Position numbers and translations under genes: made by a program
Source: Eledone cirrhosa
Lineage: Eukaryota
DNA: 41,438 nt
Direction of reading: 5' to 3'
Assembly (NCBI GenBank): GCA_964016885.1
Contig: CAXHJY010000541.1
Coordinates: forward strand, 1 to 41,438
Shown here: positions 24,578 to 39,453 of the stretch, one piece after another
How positions within the stretch are numbered: the stretch's first letter is position 1
How the letters are laid out: the number at the start of each line of letters is the position of its first letter
The notes under the pieces: model-generated
Seen by the model: only the letters and a program-made list of their open reading frames with translations
Told to the model about the DNA's origin: nothing
Database searches by the model: none

Positions 24578-27500
24578 CCGGACGAGGCTGTAAATAGAGT
24601 GAATCACAGAATAATTAAAATAAGACTTGTCCTAAATAGAACTACTGTGACAATAATATCTGCATATGCACCCCAATCCGGACTGCCTGGCGTTATAAAA
24701 GACAGATTCTATGAGTCATTAATGCTCACTACCTCCCAAATAACCGACAGTGACTACATAATTATTGCTGGCGACCTAAATGGTCACGTTGGACAACATT
24801 GTGACTGCTATGACGGAATCCATGGAGGATATGGGTTTGGTACTAGAAATGTGGAAGGCTCCAGAATCCTGGAATTCTGTGACGCAAATAACCTAACTAT
24901 CTGTAACACTAATTTCAAAAAACGAGACAATTACTTGATCACCTATAGATCAGGGGAACACGCCAGTCAGATAGATTATATCCTTACCAGAAGTCGTGAC
25001 AGAGTGTCTGTTGTAAACACTAAATCTCTCCGCCATGAAGAATGCACCTCCCAACATAGACTCATAGTTAGCGACCTCATAGTCAGGACGAGGACTATCC
25101 TCAGGAGAAAAATATGGAAGCTAAAGGACCCCACAGCCAGTAATAAATTTAAAAGCATATTACATGATGCTTTTGACAGTAAGGAAGAGCAATTAGAGTC
25201 GTACAATATAGAGGAACAGTGGGAATTCCTGAAAGCTAACCTGCTGAAGGCGACAGATGAAATCTGTGGCTGGAGCAGACCTATAGGCAGGAGGAGAGTA
25301 ACGTGGTGGTGGAACAGTAAGCAGGCTTGGAAAGTATGGCAGGATGGGGGAAGTAGAGAAGACTATCAAGTGGCCAGGAGGGAAGCTAGGAGACAAGTGT
25401 ACTTCGCAAGAAGGGAAGCAGAGGAAAGAAAGTTCAAGCATGTTCTACAACGCGAGGACCAAAAACGTGAGGTGTTGAGGATTGCTAGGCAATGTGTCAA
25501 GGAAAACCGTAATATTGTCAGAGAGAAGTGTGTCCTTAATGATGATGGTGTACTTGCCATCACTGACGCTGATAAGAAGGTAGCTTGGAAGTGTCACTAC
25601 GAAAGGCTACTAAATGAGGAGAATAAATGGGAGAAAGACAGTCTCCCCCACATCAATCCAATAGAGGGACCAGCAGTGCAAGTTGAAGGTAATATAATAA
25701 GTAAGGCAATCAAAGATATGAAGACGGGTAAGGCGGCTGGGCCTTCGGAAATAGTTGCTGAAATGCTGAAAGCATCTGGAACGGTGGGACACACTATGGT
25801 CACCCGGATAGTAAACCAAGTCATACAGAATGGGGTCGTACCGAAGGACTGGTGTAGCAGCATCATCATTAACTGCTACAAGGGTAAAGGAGATGCCCTA
25901 GATAGGGGAAACTATAGAGGCATTAAATTAATTAACCAGGTCATGAAGGTCACAGAAAAAGTAATAGCGCAACTAATCAGAGAGCGAATTGATCTAGATG
26001 AAATGCAGTTCGGGTTTGTGTCAGGTAAAAGTACCACAGACGCTATTTTCATTGTACGACAACTACAGAAGTACCTAGCTAAAAGTAAACCCCTATACTT
26101 AGCTTTTGTTGACATAGAGAAAGCCTTTGACAGAGTCCCACGCTCCATTATCTGGTGGGTTCTCAGAAAACTAGGTGTTGATGAATGGCTTGTGAGTGCT
26201 ATACAAGCCATGTATAAAGAAACAGTCAGCAAGGTTAGAATTAACAACGAATATAGTGAAGAGTTTAGCGTAATAGTTGGTGTTCATCAGGGCTATGTCC
26301 TTAGCCCCCTCCTATTTATTATTGCCCTTCAGGCTATAACAGAGGAGTTCAAGGCCGGCTGCCCATGGGAACTCCTATACGCTGATGATCTAACGCTTAT
26401 AGCTGAATCAATGGCTGAACTAGAGAAGAAATCCCAAACATGGAAGCATGGCCTAGAATCAAAAGGCCTTCAAATTAACCTGTCTAAGACTAAAGTTCTA
26501 GTATGTAGGAAGGAAAATAGGGCACTGATCCCATCTGGGAAATGGCCATGCTCAGTGTGTAGGAAAGGAGTAGGCAGAAACTCCATTTTATGTCCCAAAT
26601 GCAAAGTATGGGTGCATAAAAGATGTAGTGGGATCACAGGTAAGCTAACTAAGAATATAGATTTTATATGTGGCCGGTGCTCAGGTGCAATAAGTAGCAG
26701 CAAGTGCCCACAGAATACGAGCTCATTCCATTGCACAGATGGTTCTATAGAAATAGAAGTGGTGGAGGGTGCTCTGAAAGTACAGTAGCTAGAGTCAGAA
26801 CGGGATGGAAAAAGTTCAGAGAGCTTATACCACTAATGGCCGCTAAAGGTTTCTCTCTAAAAATGAAAGGCAGGCTGTATGTTGCCTGCATACGAACAGC
26901 AATGTTACATGGCAGTGAGACTTGGGCATTGTGTGCAGACGATCTAAGCAGACTGGAGAAGAACGAAGCTTGCATGCACCGTTGGATGTGTAATAGTAAT
27001 ATACGTGAACGGAAAAGCACAAATGAACTAAGTGAGAAATTAGGAATAAGAGGGATCAGATACTGTTTACTTGAGAGAAGACTACACTGGTATGGTCACG
27101 TGATGCGCATGAAAGACAACAGCTGTATAAAAAAGTGCAGGGAGATCAAAATAGACGGTAGCCACGGAGTAGGCAGACCCAGAAAAACATGGGACGACTT
27201 GATAAATTCCGACTTAACACACACCTCTCCAAGACAATGTCACTGGACCGAGATCTTTGGTACTACGCAGTAATACAGAAGACCCGACTTGCCTAAGTGT
27301 AAAGCGAAACCTAGTCAGTTGGCACCTCTTAACCAAAATACACCCCCACCCATCCACATCAACACCACCCCTTTCGCTGTGAAGTTATGTTGGTACCACA
27401 ACATCCAGTCCTAAATAAATGAGGTTGTGTAGGTGTCACGACAAAAAAACAGTCCTCGCTGTAATGTGGCCTTGTAGATAACACGGTAAAAACCTCCCAG

Positions 27501-27667
27501 TCTACACTGTAAACGTGGTTGGTGTTAGGAAGGGTATCCAGCCGTAGAAAACCCGCCAGACAGTCCTATACGAGCAAGACAACCAATCTTGCCTCAAGTG
27601 GGAAAATTCCCATCCAAACCCATGCAAGCGTGGAAGATGGGCGTTAAACGATGATGATGATTATGAT
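24578..27667 (+). mobile_element. Near full-length, 5'-truncated RTE LINE (APE endonuclease, RT, PHD-like finger), frameshifted; subfamily A
   Basis: SAYAPQ, AGDLNGHVG, QIDYIL and SQHRL (APE); NYRGIKL, QFGF, FVDIEKAFD, GVHQG and YADD (RT). A net 34-nt loss at ~26757 removes FRYLGD. (TGA)n tail. Confidence 0.95.
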
Positions 27668-27781
27668 ATATATATGTATATATACATACCCGTCTAACCC
27701 ATGCTAGCGTGGAAGAACGGACGTAAAATAATGATGATGATACATATAGATATATATATACATACATAAATAAATAAATAC

Positions 27782-27826
<45 letters not shown>

Positions 27827-27854
27827 CATATTACATACATATATACATATATAT

Positions 27855-28363
27855 TATAAGTCTGTTTTTCACCTATTTTTTACCTACTCTTACCTAATCC
27901 TATCTATCTTATCTACTCTTGTCTGTTCTCTTATCCATGTGTATGCTTGTATGTAACTATATGTTGACAGCACCCCGCCCAACTGTGACTGATAGCACCC
28001 CTTATTTTTCATTGTTTATTTTATTATTTTTATTTTTATTTTTAATTTTATTTTTATTTTTATTTTTATTTTTATTCTTATTTTTACTTTTACTTCCTTA
28101 ATATCCTTTATCTTCTATTATTTTTCATTCTTCAATGTCTTGAATTTGTTATTGCTTGTGTGGTATGTAATTAACCTTTATGCTCTGATGAGTCCTACTT
28201 ATAGTGCGGATGAAACAATGTTAGCAAGTAAAGATATGCATATGCTATAGGCGTTCTTTGTTATTTATTATATCACGGCTCTGTCCTCAGACATCGAGCT
28301 AACCTTATACTGCCTGCTGGATAAGTGGAGTGTTATACACCCCTGATCCTCTCCCTAGTATAC

Positions 28364-28366
<3 letters not shown>
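27855..28366 (+). mobile_element. Probable Penelope-like pLTR fragment between (TA)n runs
   Basis: Contains the hammerhead at 28176-28233; no ORF; identity inferred from the ribozyme and context. Confidence 0.5.
28176..28233 (+). ncRNA. Minimal type I hammerhead ribozyme
   Basis: ctttatgct-CTGATGA-gtcc(12 nt)ggat-GAAA-caatg-TT-agca(ag)taaag. Intact core; 9-bp stem I with a 2-nt bulge. Confidence 0.78.
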
Positions 28367-28426
<60 letters not shown>

Positions 28427-28718
28427 ATATATATATATATATACACATACATATATATATACATACATGTATACATTTATACATATATATATAGATATAT
28501 ACATACATATATACATGTATATAGATATATACATACATATATACATGTATATAGATATATACATACATATATACATGTATATAGATATATACATACATAT
28601 ATACATGTATATAGATATATACATACATATATACATGTATATAGATATATACATACATATATACATGTATATAGATATATACATACATATATACATGTAT
28701 ATAGATATATACATACAT

Positions 28719-28752
<34 letters not shown>

Positions 28753-28753
28753 A
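28367..28753. repeat. (TA)n array with a 30-bp higher-order unit
   Basis: acatacatatatacatgtatatagatatat repeated exactly six times at 28501-28680. Confidence 0.95.
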
Positions 28754-28850
28754 AATTCTGTAATGCATGTTGACCCACAATGTTTGAATATGTATCGGTA
28801 TGTCTCTCGGCTGAAAACGAGGTCATATAACTGTCCATGCATTAATAAAT

Positions 28851-28897
28851 TGCTCCGAAGAATCCAAACCTCGGTTTGGAGGAAACAGCTGTAAGCA
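28851..28897 (+). ncRNA. Minimal type I hammerhead ribozyme with one core substitution
   Basis: tgct-CCGAAGA-a-tccaaac(ctcg)gtttgga-g-GAAA-cagctg-TA-agca. Palindromic stem III ACAGCTGT. Confidence 0.68.
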
Positions 28898-29019
28898 CAA
28901 TAATGTTTTGAACAGTTCTTTGATTCTTATATTTCATATATATATACATACATTTATACATATATATAGATATATACATGTATATAGATATATACATACT
29001 TATATATAGATATATATAT

Positions 29020-29328
29020 AAAAAAGGGACGGTAAGGTAAAGACTCCCTTCGGTCACGAATGACCATGGGATTTGCACCTAGAAAGTTTTCCTCCGAGGC
29101 ACAAGTCCAGACAAGGTTGTTTGTGGAAGACCGTTAGTCGCCCATGCATACCAGTCTCCCCTCCCCACGCCACCAAAGAGGTCCAATGGCCGATACAGCT
29201 GAGTAAACTGGAGCAACGTGAAATAAAGTGTCCTGCTCAAGGAAACAACACATCACTCGGTCCGAGAATTGAACTCACAACCTTTCGATTGCAGGCCCGA
29301 TGCTCTAACCACTAAGCCATGCGCCTTC
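29020..29328 (-). mobile_element. SINE with the same tRNA head and CORE-like part as 1506 but a different 3' half
   Basis: 29195-29328 matches the SINE 5' part; 29020-29194 is unrelated to the RTE tail. Confidence 0.85.
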
Positions 29329-29419
29329 ACAGATATATACATATATATATATATACATATATATGTATATATATACATATATACATACATATATATATAT
29401 ATACATATATACATACATA

Positions 29420-30664
29420 TCATCATCATCAACGTTTAACGTCCGTGTTCCACGCTTGCATGGGTTTGGACGGGGGTAGTCCCACTTGAGGCAAGAGTGA
29501 TTTTCTTGCTCGCATAGGACTGTCTGGCAGGTTTTCTACAGTTGGATGCCCTTCCTAACACCAACCACATTTACAGTGTGGGTCTGGGAGGTTTTTACTG
29601 TGTTGCCTACACGGCCACATTACAGCGTGGACTGTGTGTTTTTTTGTCGTGACACCTACACGATCTCTTTTGTTTCGGCCTGGATGGCGCGGCACCAACA
29701 TAGCTTTACATAGAACGGGGTGGTGTGGATGGGGTGGTGGTGGTGGGACGGGGTGTATTTTGTTAGAGATGCCTACTGGCAAGGTGGGTCTTCTCTATTA
29801 CTGAGTACCGCCAAAGGCCTCGGTCCAGTGACATTGTCTTGGTGAGGTGTAAGTGTGTGAGGTCAGAGTTTATCAGCTCGTCCCAGGTTTTTCTGGGTCT
29901 GCCTATTCCGTGGCTACCGTCTATCTTTATTGCCCTGCACTTTGTTATACAGCTATCATCCTTCATGCGCATCACGTGACCATACCAACGTAGCCTTCTC
30001 TCTAGTAAACAACATCTGATCCCTCTTATTTCTAATTTTTTCCTTAGTTCGTTTATGCTTTGTCGTTCACGTATATTACTATTACACATCCAGCGGAGCA
30101 TGCAAGCTTCGTTTCTCTCTAGTCTGCGTATATCCTCTGCACACAATGCCCAGGTCTCACTGCCATGCAACATTGCTGTTCGTATGCAGGCATCGTACAG
30201 CCTGCCTTTCATTTTTAGGGAGAACCCTTTAGCGGCTAATAGTGGTATAAGCTCTCTGAACTTTTTCCACCCAGTTCTGACTCTAGCTACTCTACTTTCA
30301 GAGCACCCTCCCCCACTGCTGATTTTGTCACCCAGGTAACGGAAGCTGTCCACTATTTCTATAGAACCCTCTGCGCAGTTGAAAGGACTAGTATTTGGTG
30401 GGCACTTGCTGCTACTTATTGAACCAGAGCACCGGCCACATGTAAAATCTATGTTCTTAGTTAGCTTACCTGTGATCCCACTACATCTTTTATGCACCCA
30501 AACTTTGCATTTGGGACACAATATGGAATTTCTACCTACGCCTTTCCTACACTCTGCGCATGGCCACTTCCCGGAGGGGACCGCCGCCTTATTTTCTTTC
30601 TTACAAACTAGAACTTTAGTCTTAGCTAGGTTAATTTTAAGGCCTTTTGATTCTAGGCCGTGCA
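29420..30664 (-). mobile_element. 5'-truncated RTE LINE, subfamily B, includes PHD-like finger
   Basis: [17 protein letters not shown]...RLASRHL*, 3' UTR and tail; both ends in (TA)n. Confidence 0.95.
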
Positions 30665-34475
<3,811 letters not shown>

Positions 34476-34529
34476 TAGATTGTTATTTTGAAAGTGAAAG
34501 CGAAGCAGATATCCAGGGCGCCATTGAAG

Positions 34530-35970
34530 ATATTTCAGCAACATGGTTGAAAAATACCACACCAATACATGCTCCCGATTTTGTTGAAAATACTGGTCCA
34601 CAGCATATATTACCTCCCGATGCTAAAGCACTGAATTATTTCTTTCTGTTTTTGCCACAAACTTTCTTCGAAGTTGTGGCAAAAGAGACAAATCAATATG
34701 CCCAACAGTAGATTTCATATCGAAGACAACCCGATCAGTTATGGCGACCTACAGATGCTGCGGAGATGCAAGCGTTTTTTACCATAAACATTATGTTTGG
34801 TATAAAACAATTTCCAAGACTGTAGAATTACTGGAGCACTGATATAAGGTTTAGTAACCCTTATATATCGAGTATTATGCCAAAAACAAGGTATTTGGAA
34901 TAAAACCAATATTTGCACCTGGTTGATACTTCAAATGTCCCTGGTAGAAATGATTTCAATTAATGACCCTCTGTATAAAGTTCGACCAGTAATTAAAATG
35001 TTCTCGGAAAAATTTAAAACAGTGTATATACCTGGGAAAAATCTTAGTGTTGATGAAGCTATGATTGGGTATAAGGGTAGGCTTCATTTTAGACAATACA
35101 TGCCAGCTAAACCCACTAAATGGGGCATCAAGGTGTGGGAACTCTGTGAATTGGACACGGGCTACTGTGTAAACTTTGATGTTTACACAGGAAAGAAACA
35201 CAACGGAGAGAGAAAATATGGCTTGGGGTACGATGTTGTGTGGTCTCTGACCAAACCCTTTCACTCTCAACATAGACACATATATTTTGATCGTTTTTTT
35301 TCTTCAGTGCGTCTAGCAGAGGATCTTGCCCTCGTAAATACGTACACCTGCGGTACAATAATGGGGAATCGCAAAGGGCTACCCCAAGAAATGAAAATCA
35401 CAAAATTTAATAAGAGAGGGGACATTCTCCAATTGCAAAAAGGGAACTTGTTAGCCACATTGTATAAAGACAAGCGGCAAATTTTGTTCCTATCGTCTAA
35501 CCAAGAACCAGGAGTTGGGGCTGAAGGTGAACCTTTAGTCAACCTCCCCTATAATAAATATATGGGTGGGGTTGACAAATCCGACCAATATTACCCAGTT
35601 GGACGCCCTGGAAAGAAATGGTGGAGATATATCTTGTGGTTTTTAGTGAATTTAACCATTGTGAATTCTTTTATTGTATTCACTAAAAGCCACAAGAATC
35701 CGCCACCACCAAAGGACTACTGCCACATGAAATTTTGTGTAGACGTTGCCTCTCAGCTACGTGGAGGATATTTTTCTCGTAAACACAAATATTGACTTTC
35801 ACAAAGTGGAAAAAATTAATGGGAGAAAGAAGGTTTGTCGAATGTGCTCTTTGCAAAAGAGAAAAACTGTTAAAGGTTATGCAATTGAAACCACGTTTAT
35901 GTGTTCTTTTTGCAAAGTGCCATTATGTAAAGGCTGTTTTGGCCAATATCATGATAGAAATATTGTCTGA
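34530..35970 (+). pseudogene. piggyBac (PGBD4-like) transposase pseudogene
   Basis: SVDEAM, QYMPAKPTKWGIK, YFDRFFSS, YNKYMGGVDKSDQ and KKWWR; Cys-rich C-terminus CRMC...CSFCKVPLCKGCFGQYH in another frame; upstream stops and frameshifts. Confidence 0.9.
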
Positions 35971-36413
35971 CAATATTGAAAAAATATTTTAAAAATATAT
36001 TGGAACACATTAGATACAAAAAAACCTGCATTTGCCTGTATCACACCTGTTAATGAACTTATATATTGGGCACGTTCTGTTATATAAATCTACTCAGTAC
36101 ATTGTGTAAGAGTATATTGCCAATATTATTTTGACTGGTGAAAGAGTTTTATACATTTTTTTCAATGAAAATATTTGCATGAAATGTAGAGACAAACTAA
36201 AACCGTGTACTGATTATACCTGCATTTTAAATTAATTCACCTGTTTGGAAATGTGCTAAAATTGTTGGAAGTCAACATGTAGGTCATTGTTGAATATTCT
36301 TTGTAACAAATGTAGCAAGTAAGTCAGATAAAGTTTTAATTTTTGTGTTTATCCATAAAGTCATTACTTTTACACCTGTTAATTAATTTCACCTGCCCAT
36401 AAAAGTCAAAATT

Positions 36414-36454
<41 letters not shown>

Positions 36455-36474
36455 AAAAAAAAAAAAAAAAAAAA
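36414..36474. repeat. (CAA)n followed by poly(A)
   Basis: Directly visible inside the piggyBac 3' region. Confidence 0.9.
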
Positions 36475-36864
36475 TCGGTAAAAATATACAATTGTAAATT
36501 ATTGATATTTTAACATCTGACAAAATTTCAAGTCTGCACATAGAAAATTAAGAAAATTACAAACAAATGAAATTGATAACCCTCTTGAGTATGGTTAACT
36601 CAAAATAAATGCGAACAGATAAGCATGACATTTGAAAATTAATGCGAATGCTAAAGGGTTAAACAAACATAAGAATAACTAAAAACTTGATAGAACTGAA
36701 TTGAGTCAAACCATAAAAAGCTATATATACATACACCGTATGGCATAAATTCAGGCTGTTCAGTTTGTTTACAAACGAACAAAGCAGTGTTATAATAAGC
36801 GTCCGCTAAACTGATACGTGCATATATGTATGTGTACCTGTATGTATATATGTATGTGTATATA

Positions 36865-39445
36865 TCATCATCATCATCATCGTTTAACGTCCGTGTTCCA
36901 CGCTTGCATGGGTTTGGACGGGGGTAGTCCCACTTGAGGCAAGAGTGATTGTCTTGCTCGCATAGGACTGTCTGGCAGGTTTTCTACAGTTGGATGCCCT
37001 TCCTAACACCAACCACATTTACAGTGTGGGTCTGGGAGGTTTTTACCGTGTTGCCTACACGGCCACATTACAGCGTGGACTGTGTGTTTTTTTGTCGTGA
37101 CACCTACACGATCTCATTTGTTTCGGCCTGGATGGCGCGGCACCAACATAACTTTACATAGAACGGGGTGGTGTGGATGGGGTGGGGGTGGTGGCGGGAC
37201 GGGGTGTATTTTGTTAGAGATGCCTACTGGCAAGGCGGGTCTTCTCTGTTACTGAGTACCGCCAAAGGTCTCGGTCCAGTGACATTGTCTTGGAGAGGTG
37301 TAAGTGTGTGAGGTCGGAGTTTATCAGCTCATCCCAGGTTTTTCTAGGTCTGCCTATTCCGTGGCTTCCGTCTATCTTTATTGCCCTGCACTTTGTTATA
37401 CAGCTATCGACTTTCATGCGCATCACATGTCCATACCAACGTAGCCTTCTCTCGAGTAAACAACATCTGATCCCTCTTATCTCTAATTTTTTCCTTAGTT
37501 CGTTTATGCTTTGCCGTTCACGTATATTACTGTTACACATCCAGCGGAACATGCAAGCTTCGTTCCTCTCTAGTCTGCGTATATCCTCTGCACACAATGC
37601 CCAGGTCTCACTACCATGCAACATTGCTGTTCGTATGCAGGCATCGTACAACCTGCCTTTCATTTTTAGGGAGAACCCTTTAGCAGCTAATAGTGGTATA
37701 AGCTCTCTGAACTTTTTCCAACCAGTTCTGACTCTAGCTACAGTACTTTCAGAGCACCCTCCCCCACTGCTGATTTTGTCACCCAGGTAGCGGAAGCTGT
37801 CCACTATTTCTATAGAACCCTCTGCGCAATTGAAAGAGCTAGTATTTTGTGGGCACTTGCTGCTACTTATTGCACCAGAACACCGGCCACATGTAAAATC
37901 TATGTTCTTAGTTAGCTTACCTGTGATCCCACTACATCTTTTATGCACCCATACTTTGCATTTAGGACATAAAATGGAATTTCTACCTACGCCTTTCCTA
38001 CACACCGAGCACGACCATTTCCCAGAAGGGACCGCCGCCTTGTTTTCTTTCCTACAAACTAGAACTTTGGTCTTAGCCAGGTTAATTTTAAGTCCTTTTG
38101 ACTCTAGGCCGTGCTTCCATGTTTGGAATTTCTTCTCTAGCTCGGCCATTGATTCCGCTATGAGTGTCAGGTCGTCTGCGTATAGGAGTTCCCATGGGCA
38201 GCCTGTCTTGAACTCCTCTGTTATAGCCTGAAAGGCAATAATAAATAGTAGGGGGCTGAGAACAGAGCCCTGATGGACGCCAACTTTTACGCTAAACTCT
38301 TCACTATATTCGTTGTTAATTCTAACCTTGCTGACTGTTTCTTTATACATGGCTTGTATAGCCCTCACAAGCCATTCGTCAACGCCTAGTTTTCTAAGAG
38401 CCCACCAGATAATGGAGCGGGGGACTCTGTCGAAGGCTTTCTCCAAGTCGACAAAAGCTAAGTAGAGGGGTTTACCTTTAGCTAGGAACTTCTCCTGTAG
38501 TTGTCGTACTATGAAAAGAGCGTCTGTGGTACTTTTGCCTGACACAAACCCGAACTGCATTTCATCTAGGTCAATTCTCTCTCTGATTAGTTGCGCTATT
38601 ACTTTTTCCGTGACCTTCATGACCTGGTCGATTAATTTAATGCCTCTATAGTTACTCCTATCTAGGGCGTCTCCTTTACCCTTATAACAGTTAACGATGA
38701 TGCTGCTATGCCAGTCCTTCGGAACAACCCCATTCTGTACAACTTGGTTAACTATGCGGGTGACCATGGTGTGTCCCACCGTGCCAGATGCCTTCAGCAT
38801 CTCAGCAACTATTTCCGAAGGCCCAGCCGCCTTACCTGTCTTCATATCCTTGATTGCCTTACTTATTATACTCCCCTCGACTAACACTGCTGGTCCCTCT
38901 ATTGGGTCGACATGGGGGAGACTGTCTTTCTCCCATTTATTCTCCTCATTTAGTAGCCTTTCATAGTGACACTTCCAAGCTACCTTCTTATCAGTGTCGG
39001 TGATGGCAAGTATGCCATCATCGTTAAGTACACACTTCTCCCCGACAATATCACGGTTTTCCTTGACGCATTGCCTAGCAATCCTGAACACCTCACGTTT
39101 TTGGTCATCGCGTTGTAGGACATGCTTGAACTTTCTTTCCTCAGCTTCCCTTCTTGCTAAGTACACTTCTCTCCTAGCTTCCCTCCTGGCCACTTGATAG
39201 TCTACTCTACTTCCCCCATCCCGCCATACTTTCCAAGCCTGCTTTTTGGCCTTAATTGACCCCTCCACCTTACTGTTCCACCACCATGTTACTCTCCTCC
39301 TGCCTACAGGCCTGCTCCAGCCACAGACTTCGTCTGTCGCCAACAGCAGGTTTGCTTTCAGAAATTCCCACTGTCCCTCTATATTGTCCGACTCTAAATG
39401 TTCTTCCTTACTGTCGAAAGCATCAAGTAATATGTTTTGAAATTT
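36865..39445 (-). mobile_element. 5'-truncated RTE LINE, subfamily B, with an uninterrupted RT-PHD-C-terminal frame
   Basis: ORF 37214-39343 (709 aa) with YADD and FRYLGD intact; endonuclease absent; tail at 36865-36880. Confidence 0.96.
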
Positions 39446-39453
39446 ATTTCAAA

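Larger units (their letters stand above)
34476..36658 (+). mobile_element. Decayed piggyBac transposon, left end missing, right TIR intact
   Basis: Transposase remnants, then terminal AATGCTAAAGGG followed by TTAA at 36659-36662. Confidence 0.88.

Noticed and set aside
29052-29150. HDV-like ribozyme in the SINE 3' domain
   Set aside because: P2, P4 and J4/2-like parts can be drawn, but P1, P3/L3 and P1.1 could not be placed in the required order.
34923-35795. Domesticated PGBD gene
   Set aside because: Upstream stops, frameshifts, internal deletions and a retained TIR indicate a decaying transposon.
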